Below, in pieces: positions 50,393 to 63,908 of a stretch of DNA of 64,000 nucleotides (the first letter of the stretch is position 1; each line of letters begins with the position of its first letter). This DNA comes from Perna viridis. Its lineage: Eukaryota. The notes beneath the pieces were generated by a model, which was not told where the DNA came from, made no database searches, and saw only the letters and a program-made list of their open reading frames with translations. Position numbers and translations under genes: made by a program. Where the stretch lies: assembly GCA_037379345.1 (NCBI GenBank), contig CM074516.1:18910001-18974000 (forward strand), given 5' to 3'.

Positions 50393-52485
50393 TTAAGCTT
50401 TGCAACTCATTTTAACACAGCTGCAGGCAGTAGCAACCTTATGTGTAGTGAGCACAAAGCCGGACACTGGACAATGAACGGCGATTTTCCTGGAGACGAA
50501 GTTTGTTGGTTTGCAATAGTAGTCTACCTTTGTTCCATAATCAAATGCACACCTTTGTTGGAATTCTGCCTTAACTGAAGGGTCACTGTAAATGAAAATA
50601 TAAAAAAAATAAATACATTTGTTTCTATGTATATATTATTTATTTTGTTCATGATCATTGTTGAGTGTGACTATTTTCCCTTTCTAGTCTTTAGCGTTAG
50701 AATATATACTTTTAATAACCGTTCGAATCTGGGGTCTTTTGATTACACTTATATAAATGCATCCTAAAGACGAAATTAAAAAAAAGACACGGATATTTCA
50801 TAAAGGAACGACACATATCTTCGACTACTGTCACCACAAAAACAAAGACAATGATAGATGTTCTGTACATTAAGTGAATCATGAATCGGAAATATGATTT
50901 ATTCCAAAAAAAAAGTAACACTTACCCATTAAGACATTCTGTTCTGTAAAGTTTTTGAATATTGGCCTCTTCATTATTAAAGACAACCTGACAAACTTCA
51001 TTTCCCAAATTTACGAATTCAATCAATGTTTTGACTTCTCTACACACTGGATGTTTTGTATAAACTTTTGATACACTACAAAAAGAAAACATTTATGAAC
51101 AAAGTGATACACGTGAGTAGATGGACCTGAGTGTCGTGTAATGCATATGACAAAAGTTGCATTTTAGATGGGTATAACAGTTTAGAAATAATTAATGTAA
51201 GTATTGATTACAACAATTAATCTTTACTTTTTAATTCCTGGTGTATAGGTATTTAATGGTTTTCGTTATTGTCATTTATTGATTACTGAAAAGTACAGAA
51301 GTAGGTATTTCATCATCGTGAATAAACGTTGTACACGCAACATCTTTAAAAAATATATATCTTACGTTTTATCCTTGGCATTGCCTAAACATGCTGCTGA
51401 AAGGTGGTTGACAATCACATCAGGTGCATGGACTAGTTCTTGGATGAAGGTAGCTCTAAATAAACATTTTAAATATATGTATTATTTTAATAAATTACTT
51501 AATTATTTGATATCAAATACCTTATAAAAATTCATTTTGCGATTTTGTTGTACATCTTTTTTGATGTACTAATTACTACATATATGATTAACATGTGTTA
51601 ACTATTTTGATAGAACTAACTACACTGTATATTCCAATAACTGATACATGTATCAATTGATTTTTTGCAATCAGCACTATATGTTCTCTATGATAAAACA
51701 TAGTGAAATGAAAATAAATGCAGAACTTGGTGCATATTCATTAAAATGTTAAATAATCGTACTTATTAAAAACTTTGTAATCTGCTGGTTTATCACACAT
51801 CCAGTTTACTGGAGGAAGACACTGATTGTACATTCCATGGTACTGGTTACATGCTGCCAACGTTCGTTCTTTCAATGGAACAAAATCGAGGAATCTCTGA
51901 AGACCTATATTTGGTGAACTTGAATGTCCATGTGGTATTATCAAGGAAAATGCCCCGGAAAGAGAGGCTAACATAAAAACAGCAAACAATGGCATCATCT
52001 GTAATAAAAGCAGATAGTTTCATTCAGTATAATGTGTTTCATTACATTCAAAATTCCATAAAACGTATTTATTACATTTCCTTCCTACTACTGATTTCGT
52101 TGATGGTGACACATCGATATTCAGGTTGTTGATGCAGCGATGATAAAATAGGTGGTGCCATATTTGTATATATTGTCAGTGACAGCATATCAGCATCTAG
52201 TATACTGTCAGTGCATTTTAATTTTTCAAATAACAAAACTGCTGTACGCAAAAAATAAAATAGCTTTTAAGAAAGGTCAAATTTATCAAATTTGTTGATC
52301 AGGATTATACAATTGTCAGACGCTAGTTTGTTTTGTTTTCGTTTTGGGAGAGGGGTGACAGATATAACGAAACATGGATAATTTTAGTATATTAAACACG
52401 AATTAATAGCAAATACCGTATAGTCATTAAGTATACAAATAACAAAATGGATGAACTTGTATATGTAAAAATTCGATCTTACCAT
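50393..52485 (-). CDS. Gene A4: near-identical paralog of A3/A5, 223 aa
   Basis: Exons 52485-52483, 51998-51763, 51455-51366, 51075-50926, 50585-50393; exon lengths (3/236/90/150/193) match A3 and the frame is intact. Confidence 0.9.
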
Positions 52486-52816
52486 TTTGTTTTGTTCCTG
52501 TACTTATCGGAGACTGTTCTTTATGTTTCCAGTTTTACATTATCCTACTTTTATAGTCGATTTTTCAGGAAATAAAAAACATTTCTTGGAACCAAACTAA
52601 GAAATAAACTTAGACCCAATCAGCGATCTTTTTTAAATGGTCTTACGTCATGTATATACACAGGTGTAATAACATGACGTTTTTAATGGTCTGTTGTTAA
52701 GTAGTTAATCACAACTTATAAAACCACAGATGTCAACATTTAGTATATATATAACCTCTGTAACTACAATTTCCAACATACAAACCATACACTTTGAACA
52801 GTTAAGATTATTGAAA
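52486..52816. promoter_or_regulatory. Bidirectional promoter and 5' UTRs, pair A4/B4
   Basis: 331 bp, nearly identical to the pair 3 promoter with the same motifs. Confidence 0.7.
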
Positions 52817-54779
52817 ATGGTAAGTGAAATTAAACTTTTATATGATGCAGATATAGGATATACACAGAAGGCAATATTCAGTAAGAAAAAAAAATTCTAT
52901 TCCCTTTAAAACAGCAAGAAAGACACCCTATTATTGAATTTTGATGTTAATACACGCTGTCTACGATTAAGTCAGTTTTTGCTGTGGAATAACAATGAAT
53001 GTTTAAATCATTATGTAGGATGTCTTTAAACAATACGTGCCTCTATTTGATGATACTTTAAAAGGTTCAATTCTCTTTTTTTTTATTTTTAGATTAAGTA
53101 TCTAGCTATTTGCTTTATCGCATTTACTGCAACTAGTGCCTTTAAGCAAACATGCAAAATTGATCCTGACGAACTGAAATGGTCAAGAGAAAAGATATGT
53201 GATCAACATATGGATTATCCACAGTAAGTGAAACTTTATTTTCTTTTCTTTTTATAAGAAAATAAACAAATAAAGAAAACAAAATCTAAAACATAAGAAA
53301 ATAAAAGAAAAAAAAAAACAAACTTGAAACAAATAATCGAATACAAATAATCCAACAAAGACCAAAAAATACTTTAAGCAATATATCGTCATAACGACAT
53401 ACACAAGAGAAAAGGCTATTTCTATTTCTAATGTCATTTACTTCTATTTTTCGCAGTGATACCATAGAAAAGGCGTTACAGAATGATAAAAAGATGTTGG
53501 ACTTTGTTGAAAATGCTTCAGAATTCTTCAATCCAGATTATACTTACAGTAACACAGAGTGAGTATTATGAAAATAAGTTTATAAGACTGATGTGTAATA
53601 ATTTCATATAACTTAAACTATTTCTTGCAGACATCGTTTAAATATGTATCCTAAAAGTGCCCTGAGTACTTTCTTAATCTGAATAAATTTTCGTTGTTTC
53701 CATTTCTTGTCATTTTCCGTTTTAAGACCCGACACGAAAATGACATCAGTTTCATTTTAACTCCTGAAGATAGGAATAAAAAGCTTATAGCAAACTTACA
53801 TTTTCTTATATGATTTTTAATTTTGTCTCATTTATTTGCACGACATTATATCTTACACCATACAAAGTATTTTTTACTTAGAATAGTAAAAAATAAATAA
53901 ATTGCTAATTAATATAAAAGAAATCTTAAGGTATATGACGAATTTCAGAACTTGTGATGCCTACCTAGGAACAGAACAAGATTTCGTACAAAAGAAGGTT
54001 GAATGTGGAAATATCTGCCCCGGTAGAAATGTAAATCTGACCACAGTCTGGTACGAATATGAAAACATCCGTACTATGTGTAAAGTAATTCGTCCATGGC
54101 AACAAATTGTTTCCTACACCGAGTGCAAGTAAGTGCAGTGGTTTTGTTTGGTTCAGACATTACATTTAATTGTGCCTACTTGATGTTTTACTAATTTTCA
54201 TATAAAAATGATGCAATAACCGTTATGGTACTGTACATGAATTTATGTTTTGATTCGTCGCTTTTATATTAATATAGATTATGTATTAACCAAGGTAGAT
54301 ATATTTGAATTAATTTAATTTAAATATAACTGAGCACATTTTTTGAACGTCGGATTGATGGTTCCGGTATTCCATTTTCGATTTGGAAATCTAACCAAAC
54401 CGAACCATACATAAACGGGACACTTTATGATAATATTGTTATCTAAAGTCTTTTTAAAGTAACTACTGATGATGTAAAACCTGCCTAATCCGAAAACATA
54501 ATAATTAATTTAATTTTCATTTGTTTGTATTTTTTTTATTTTAGTGAAAAAACTCCGAACGTACCAAGAATGGATAAATCGTTCCGATGTCTACCAGAGA
54601 ACCCCCTGAGAAGGAAAATTGCAGTCTACTGTCCAGATATCATCCCTCAGTGTAAATTGATGGAAATTGAACTTCCACAACATTGTGCCGCCAGTCAACT
54701 CAAATGTATAAAGAAGAAAGAAACCAAAATGGCCATACTTGATTCACTTTTTTCTAATTGGGGTAGTAGTTTCTTTTAA
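52817..54779 (+). CDS. Gene B4: near-identical paralog of B3, 216 aa
   Basis: Exons 52817-52819, 53093-53223, 53457-53558, 53949-54128, 54545-54779; exon lengths (3/131/102/180/235) match B3 and the frame is intact. Confidence 0.9.
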
Positions 54780-57700
54780 ATTTTAAAGTAACGTATTAGT
54801 ATTTGCTGTTGATCTTTGTTGAAGATTTTTGTTTAGTGAACAAATTTACAGGTATCAATTTTCACGGTTACCGAAATTGATAAACGTATATATTGTGAAC
54901 TACCAGTTTCGAAGGTACCACCGCAAAAATAGCGAAAGTTGGTACACCGCGAAAATTAATACATTGAAATATTATTATTGCACAAGAATTCAGCAATATT
55001 TTTTACGAAAAAAAAATGAAAAATGTAAAATCAAACGTTTGTTATGTTATCACAAGTTATGATTAATTTTCCAAAATGACATTTTAACTTTTGAACTAAA
55101 TCAACAGCAATTGAAACAATGTAAAAAATCTTCAGTTCTAATTTCAAATGTTAAATATAGAAAAGATATAATCCGAAGTTTCCTTGATACAATTACTGTC
55201 TCCAGCTTCAATTACAGTCATGGTATAAAGTGTCTAGTAAGTGAAGTGAGTTAAAGAGGAAGAAAGTTTCAACCATTGTGAAAATATGGGAGAAATGAAA
55301 TCTATAAACTGTTGTGCTGTGATAGGATGTATTTTTGTATGTGTAAAACAGAAAGTGGTTTAAAAGTGCAATATTATGTCTTCTGTGTTGATGTTATTTA
55401 TTTTGTATGCTCATTCATTATCATCATTGACTTGCCTTTTCTTGATTATTAAAATGATTTCTTCTAATTAATCTTGTATATTTAACTACCGACTGTAAAA
55501 TCCAGAGAAAAAGTTTCCCTTGAAAAAAATGCAAACAAATAAGCACAAACAAACAAACATAAAAAAAAACGGAAAAATAAAATTTACAACAACAAAAACA
55601 AAATCAACAAAAGGAAGACAAAGACAACACAGAATCTTTTGAATATATAGTAGTGTCATATCTACAAATAAACACTGAAAATCTGGGTTTTTCTCGATTA
55701 AGAATTCAAAAATATGATTAAAAAATAAACATTTCTATAAAAAACGTTAGTCGAAATTTGGTTTTATACTCTTATAATTAAAGGTAAGTCCAAGTTCAGT
55801 CTATTTCTGGTGACAACTTAGTCATTACAAGAATTTTGATATTATTGTAAATTGATTACGCGACTTTAACTAGGATGCTGAATATAACCATAGACTGATA
55901 TAAAATTGTTATTCAATTTTATTTAGACTTTCATATTTAAGCTTTAAAAATAATCATATAAGAGCTTCATGTAAATATGTGCATTAATTTTCTATTCGAG
56001 TTTAACATGAGTAGGAAAATCAACCGTAGACATTGGAATAGCAATTGAAAAAAATAAGATATTAAAATATATTAATGTACATAATTAACATAACGGTGAA
56101 ACGTGGTACAATTGGACTTTATCTAATTTAATTTACCTTTTGATAACTTCTACATTGATTATTACAAAAAAGTAAATAACATGATAAAAGTATTTATTAA
56201 TGGAATATATGATTCCTTAGTGTCCTTCCATTAGTCATGTTTCAATTCGATGTACCCGTCTCGGTGGTTCCAGGGCAGCATGCTTGTCAGGAGTGCGAAA
56301 GTTCTTCGATCCATGACTGAGTTACATTGAAGTATTAATAGTATCTCCGCGAACTACACGGAAATTGAGTGACGATTGTTCGGCTTGGAGTCAGAATGGT
56401 GTGCCCGATTGAAAATGGATAGCATGCATGTATACCTATGTGTGAGAATTAAGATCCCAGTTAGGCTGTCAGACTAAAACAAGGCAATGTTTGATCAATT
56501 GGTCAATTGTTATCATCCTGAGATGGATTAAATATCCGTTACAGACATTAAAGCATAATCAAACGCCCATTTAAACAATCATTTGGTGAAGCCGAGATAT
56601 ATTGTTCTATCTTCAAGTTTATATCTTATTTACACTATTTATTGATGTATTTCATAGATGACTACTTAGGAATGTTAAAGAATACTTTTTTTTCTAAATA
56701 CAAGTCTCTTTTAAGTTTTGGGTTGCACTGGATTGTTTTACATAAATGTAAGTCATTTCAATTTGCTACTATTATAAATTGAGGCAGAAACGCTATCAAG
56801 TTTGAACATAACTGACAAACATGTATTTACAACTGGCCACCCGTCAATACATGTGCAAGTTTCCGATTAGCAAAGTAGAGACCGTTCCGTGGGCATACCT
56901 TTATAGGTTGATGGATTTTCAGTCAGAATTGTCAACTATCCTTTCATCTGTGGCAACATCCCTTCAGCACCTGCGCATAGAAATTTCATATCATATCTCC
57001 AACATTATGCCTTAGATTGCTGTTATTAACATTGTTAAACTAGACTTCTTACAATTTGGCTTCTGTAACATAGTTATGTTTCTAAATCATTGGAGTAATC
57101 ACTAAAGAAGTTTAATTATCATTATGAACTCGGGGATCGTTACGGTCTATCCATATGCACCATAAAAAACTGATTTGTACAATATGTAAATCTTTTCCTT
57201 TCCTCTTTCGTCTACCCGAATTTGACTTGTTATGGTCAACTCGACTGGGGTTTATAGAAAAGCAGAGGACGCTTACTCTACCGGTGCACATGGTCCACGC
57301 TCCCAGTTTTTAGTGGAGTCCGCTGAGTTTCTTATTTACTCTTGTTACGTTGTATGTATTATTTTATTTAATATATGGTCTTGGTAGTGTTTGTCTATTT
57401 CCATTGTCTGGTGTTGTACCTGGATTACATTCTTTTGATTTCCGCTGTCATCTTGATAATCCGACTAGTTTGAAGGAAGAATAATAAGATAATCAATTGG
57501 TTATCATGAATAACCAAAATATGACAACGAGTGCCGAAGATAGTTGTTTTACGGTCGAATTAAATCTCAGTGTATTCCTCCATTATTTGTACTGTCAATA
57601 TTGATTTTAGTTTTGTGAACGGCGGATTGTTTATTTGTTTTTTTTCTGACGTTTTATCTAGTAAAAGTCCGAGAGTGAAATTACCTTTTTTGGCTCACAG

Positions 57701-58616
57701 TGTGAAATATTTGATTTTTTTTAACTGAGAATATTCGGGAAAAACACTGCATTTATATAATAAAATATGATAAAAGCATTGCTACTTCAACTAGATATTG
57801 TCTAATATTACATGTTGATAGAGTATGTCCTAGAATTTCACCTTGCTTGCATTTGGTTTATTGGACGATTGTTGTTGTTGTTGTAGTTGTAAAATGGAGA
57901 ATTTGACAAACAGCTATCTATGAGGATGAAACTAAAATTTAGTACTTTAAACTCATATTTTGGGATCGTTCGCATGTCATGGGGTTGGTATCCTTCCATA
58001 ATTTACTGAAAAATCAAAATGATTTTCCACGTTTCCACGTAAAAATTTTCCAGAACTGTTAATTGTTGCAGTTTTAAAGCGGAGGACCATCGAACAATTT
58101 GCCCAGTCTTTGAATCACATTATGGCGTTTTAAAGCTATGAACGGGTTACTTTCTAGCATACACGTAGCTTTTGACATACATTGCCCTATGTTATAATAC
58201 AAACGTTGAATATAAAAGCGCGAATAAACTTCTGCTGCTTTGAGTCTGTTCTAAATGGACCTGTCTGATATAAATGTTGCATAGAGTTGGTAGGAAAGGG
58301 TGCACATGAAGTACTCATCAGAGACCGTGTGAAAGTGATTACTCAATCCACATTCATTTGATATTCATTTGAAATACATTGGATTTGTTTTAAAATACAG
58401 TAATGTTTTTTTCAGCTACATTTGCAGAAAAGGAATCAATGTTTTTTTAAAGCGAACAGCTAATGTATTCAAGCTTGATCTTTAGATTAGCAAGAGACTT
58501 AACATGTAGGACCAAAAATATATGTTTCTAACTTTCCAGTTTTGCCTAAAGTTTGTAACACGTTTTTATTATTGATAGAAGTACTTGTGTTTCTTTCACT
58601 ACCTCTTTAAATCTCC

Positions 58617-59085
58617 GAAGAAATGATCAGAATTTTCAACAGCAATGTTAAGTCTGTCCTGTTATTCGGTTGCGAGACCTGGAGAGAAACAGAAAACACC
58701 ATGAAATCTATACAAGTCTTTGTTAACAAGTGCCTAAGGAATATACTGAATATCAGATGGCCAGAAAAAATAACAAACAAGAAACTCTGGCAAAGAACAA
58801 AACAACAACCAATAGAAAACACCATTCGAACCCGAAAATGGAAATGGATTGGTCATACTTTAAGGAAGAACAATAAAAACACTACAAAACAAGCTTTAGA
58901 TTGGAATCCCCAAGGGCAAAGAAAAAGAGGAAGACCAAAGAACACCTGGAGGAGGGGTTTGAACTCTGAACTGAAGAGAGTAGGACTAACGTGGAAGAAT
59001 TGTAACACCATCGCCTAAAACCGAAGCGAATGGAGAAAAACTGTAGTCGCCCTATGTCCACCCATGGACGAAATGGAATAAATCA
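58617..59085 (+). mobile_element. 5'-truncated RTE-clade non-LTR retrotransposon with a 10 bp TSD
   Basis: ORF 58623-59018 (IFNSNVKSVLLFGCETW...WKWIGHTLRK...ALDWNPQGQRKRGRPKNTWRR) matches the RTE C-terminal region, and NRSEWRKTVVALCP continues after an in-frame stop. TSD TTAAATCTCC at 58607-58616 and 59086-59095; absent at the paralogous site ~48620. Confidence 0.9.
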
Positions 59086-60279
59086 TTAAATCTCCACGTG
59101 GTTTTATGAATCATCCAATTTAAGACAACAGGAAATAAAAGAGTACAAGATGTTATCCCATTGTTACTATAACAAATATTTGTGAATCACTACGAAATCT
59201 TAAGAAACTCATTCTGATCAGTATGGAGATCAACATCCCCGACTAATTCTGCGTCCTCTATGGAACAGCCAAGTTTACACACTCGTGAAAACATTTAACA
59301 CAGGACTACTAAAATATAACACTGATTTTAGTCTTCCTTGCTTCAATTATTGTTTTCAATAAAATCAATTAACTGGATGAAAGGTTCATGGGATGTAGTT
59401 TGGTATATGTTTGAATGCATACCAGAAAGAGGACATTTAATAAATCGAGTTGATCCATCCCTGGTTTTCAGTAGTTTAAATCTAACACTTTAGGCATTAG
59501 ACTACTTTCCTCTATCAAATTCGTACCCGTACTATTATACAAACACGATGAGAATAACGGATGATTCCTAGCATGAGGGATTACACCAAATCACCAATTT
59601 GAAGATTATATCGCCACATATTACTAGAAATGTTTTCAATCGCGTCAAAGAGGGCGAATTCCTTGAATTGCTAGTAGTTCAACTATCGACAACAAGTCTT
59701 TCAAAACTATGATGCATTGACTTGTAACTTTTAGTATTTTAAAAACATTTCCACGTGCACAGGAATTTATATAGCTTAATTTAGAAGCTGTTATCAATCA
59801 TTATGTGTGTCATAAGGATGAAATACTTCATATATTTTAGTTCAAACTACATGCAAAATACACGCCTTTAGGTTAATTGATCTTTTAATGATGGAGGACA
59901 AAATGGCCCAATCTATGGTAGCCTTTTTGTTACCTCTAAATTTATTATGATTTTTATATAAAAAACGTAAGAGAGATTTATCTATGTTTTGAATTTGCCC
60001 TGTTATAAGATTTTCAAATTATAAGAGGATTTGTTTTATAATGTAAACAAATAAAGACATTTTGTGTTTACATTCCAAACAATTATCTTCGCTGGTTCAA
60101 GTATAACGAAAAACAGATATTAATACAAGTTTATATTTTATTACATCGAATCATTAACATCAATACAATACTTTAGTACAAAAAACGACACATGGAATGA
60201 TATTGCACTTGCCTTTTCGTGAAAATTATATCACAGATTTCGATAGTATGGATTTATTGTTTTTTTGTTTGTTTTTACT

Positions 60280-60793
60280 TTAAGCTTTGCAACTCATTTT
60301 AACACAGCTGCAGGCAGTAGCAACCTTATGTGTAGTGAGCACAAAGCCGGACACTGGACAATGAACGGCGATTTTCCTGGAGACGAAGTTTGTTGGTTTG
60401 CAGTAGTAGTCTATCTTGGTTCCATAATCAAATGCACACCTTTGTCGGAATTCTGCCTTTACTGAAGGGTCACTGTAAATTAAAATAAAACAAAAAATAA
60501 ATACATTTGTTTCTTTGTATATATTATTTATTTTGTTCATGATCATTGTTGAGTGTGACTAGTTTCCCTTCCTAGTTTTTAGCCTTAAAATATATACATT
60601 TAATAACCGTTCGAATCTGGGGTCTTTTGATTACACTTATATATATGCATCCTAAAGACGAAATTAAAAAAAAAGAATACGGATATTTCATAAAGGAACG
60701 ACACAAATCTTCGACTACGGTCACCACAAAAACAAAGACAATGATAGCTTTTCTGTACATTAAGTGAATCATCAATCGGAAATATGATGTATT

Positions 60794-60829
<36 letters not shown>

Positions 60830-63163
60830 TAACACTTACCCGTTAAGACATTCTGTTCTGTAAAGTTTTTGAATATTGGCCTCTTCATTATTAAAGACAA
60901 CCTGACAAACTTCATTTCCCAAATTTACGAATTCAATCAATGTTTTGACTTCTCTACACACTGGATGTTTTGTATAAACTTTTGATACACTACAATAAGA
61001 AAACAATTATGAACAAAGTGATACACGTGAGTAGATGGACCTGAGTGTCGTGTAATGCATATAATAAAAGAGTTATACCAAACATTTTAATGAACTTGAA
61101 ATGGACCAAATATATGTTGAACATTTAGAAAGATAATCAAGAAAATCATTTAAATTGTACAACGAAACCTGACCAAGTCAAACACTTGATGAATTCTTTT
61201 AAACCGGTTCAAATGTATTAATGTATTCGAACATAAATCTTAACTGAACCAATTTGAAATTACGAAAACTTTCATTTTAGATGGGTATAACAGTTTAGAA
61301 ATAATTAATGTAAGTATTGATTACAACAATTAATCTTTATTTTTTAATTCCTGGTGTATAGATATTTAATGGTTTTCGTTATTATCATTAATTGATTACT
61401 GAAAAGTACATAAGTAGGTATTTCATCATCGTGAATAAACGTTGTACATGCAACATCTTTAAAAAAATATATATCTTACGTTTTATCCTTGGCATTGCCT
61501 AAACATGCTGCTGAAAGGTGGTTGACAATCACGTCAGGTGCATAGACCAGTTCTTGGATGAATGTAGCTCTAAATAAACATTTTAAATATATGTATTAAT
61601 TTAATAAACTACTTAATTATTTAATATCAAATACCTTATAGAAATTAATTTTGCGATTTTGTTGTACATCTTTTTTGATGTACTAATTTGACTTACATGT
61701 ATGATTAACACGTGTTAACTATTTTGATAATAGAAAGAAATAGAACTAACTACATTGTATATTCCAATAACTGATAAATGTATCAATTGATTTTTGCAAT
61801 CAGCACTATATATTTTCTATGATAAAACAGAGTGAAATGAAAATAAATGCAGAACTTGGTACATATTCATTAAAATGTTAAATAATCGTACTTATTAAAA
61901 ACTTTGTAATCGGCTGGTTTATCACACATCCAGTTTACTGGAGGAAGACACTGATTGTACATTCCATGGTACTGGTTACATGCTGCCAACGTTCGTTCTT
62001 TCAATGGAACAAAATCGAGGAATCTCTGAAGACCTATATTTGGTGAACTTGAATGTCCATGTGGTATTATCAAAGAAAAGGCCCCGGAAAGAGAGGCTAA
62101 CATAAAAACAGCAAACAATGGCATCATCTGTAATAAAAGCAGATAGTTTCATTCAGTATAATGTGTTTCATTACATTCAAAATGCCATACGAACTAATTG
62201 CTGTTCTTAAGTAACAAAAGTAATCAATTGTATCCTCCATAATTTCAGGATCAACTATTTCGATAAATTCTGAACGATATGTTCTTGTGGAAGAAACTTC
62301 GTTTTAGTTTTATTTTGTATTAATATATGTTAGCTTATATTTCAGAAAAGGAAATCAATAGAACATTCATTTCAAGTTTTGCATGTTGTAAAATTCTCGT
62401 TTTGAATAATCACAGGAGATCATAAGTTGTATCCATTACAGGTCATTTATCTTATAAATGGAAGAAAAAGTCATGATGCATAAAAAAGAATGATACAATG
62501 TTATTATTCAATCCGAAGGCTATTGTAAAAAAAACCAATCCATACTAGCCAGATACATATTTACTTTTATACACAGACAAGGACAATGTATTGATTGGAA
62601 ATAATAAAAATATACAGATGTGACCCAGAGTCGGGGTTACTCAAGACCATTTGCCGATTTCTTTTCTATTCGTGACTTGTATCTTATTTCTATTGATAAT
62701 AACTATTTTTATCAGTTTAATTTAAATACAACGTATTTATTACATTTCCTTCCTACTACTGATTTCGTTGATGGTGACACATCGATATTTAGATTGTTGA
62801 TTCAGCGATTGTAAAATAGGCGGTGCCATATTTGTATATAGGGTCAATGACAGCATATCAGCATCTAGTATACTGTCAGTGCATTTTAATTTTTCAAATA
62901 AGAAAACTGCTGTACACAAAAAATAAAATAGCTTTTAAGAAAGGTCAAATTTATCTTCTTATTCAAATTCGTTGATCAGGATTATAAAATTCTCAAACGC
63001 TAGTTTGTTGTGTTTTCGTTTTGGGAGAGGGGTGATAGATATAGCAAAACATGGACAATTTTAGTATATTAAACAGTATGTAATAGCAAATACCATATAG
63101 TCATTAAGTATACAAAAAAACAAAATGGATGAACATGTATATGTAAAACTTCGATCTTACCAT
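60280..63163 (-). CDS. Gene A5: near-identical paralog of A4, 223 aa
   Basis: Exons 63163-63161, 62127-61892, 61569-61480, 60989-60840, 60472-60280; frame intact. Confidence 0.9.
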
Positions 63164-63497
63164 TTTGTTCTGTTCCTGTACTAATTGGAGACTGATTGCT
63201 CTTTATGATTCCAGTTTTACATTATCCTACTTTTATAGTCGATTTTTCAGGAAATAAAAACATTTCCTTGAACTGAACTAAAAAATAAACTAAGACCCAA
63301 TCAGCGATCTTTTTAAAATGGTCTTACGTCATGTGTATACACAGGTGTAATAACATGACGTTTTTAATGGTCTGTTGTTAAGTAGTTAATCACAACTTAT
63401 AAAACCACAGATGTCAACATTTAGTATATATATAACCTCTGTAACTACAATTTGCAACATACTAACCATATACTTTGAACAGTTAAGATTATTAAAA
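63164..63497. promoter_or_regulatory. Bidirectional promoter and 5' UTRs, pair A5/B5
   Basis: 334 bp; the same TATA/CCAAT/TTACGTCA/TGACGT motifs are retained despite flanking substitutions. Confidence 0.7.
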
Positions 63498-63908
63498 ATG
63501 GTAAGTGAAGTTAAACTTTTAGATGATGAAGATATAGAATATACACAGAAGGCAATTTTCAGTAATGGAAAGAGAAGCTTTTCTATTCCCTTTAAAACAG
63601 CAACAAAGACACCCTATTTTTAATTGTTGATGTTAATACATGCTGTCTACGATTAAGTCAGTTGTTCTTGTGTAATTACAATGAATGTTCAACATCATTA
63701 CGGAGGATGTCTTTGAGCAATACGTGCCTCTCTTTGATGATACTTTAAAAGGTTCAATTCTTATTTTTAATTTTTAGAATAAGTATCTAGCAATTTGCTT
63801 TGTCGCATTTACTGCAACTAGTGCCTTTAAGCAAAAATGCAAAATTGATCCTGATGAACTGAAATGGTCAAGAGAAAAGATATGTGATCAACATATGGAT
63901 TATCCACA
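63498..63908 (+). CDS. Gene B5, 5' part only (continues beyond the window)
   Basis: Exons 63498-63500 (ATG|gtaag) and 63778-63908: MNKYLAICFVAFTATSAFKQKCKIDPDELKWSREKICDQHMDYP|gtaag, homologous to B3/B4. Confidence 0.85.

Noticed and set aside
50306-50578. Plus-strand ORFs 18343-18570, 50306-50578, 60265-60465, 39953-40177 and 51279-51527 recurring in several copies
   Set aside because: They are antisense shadows of A exons 5 and 3; they recur because the A genes are duplicated.
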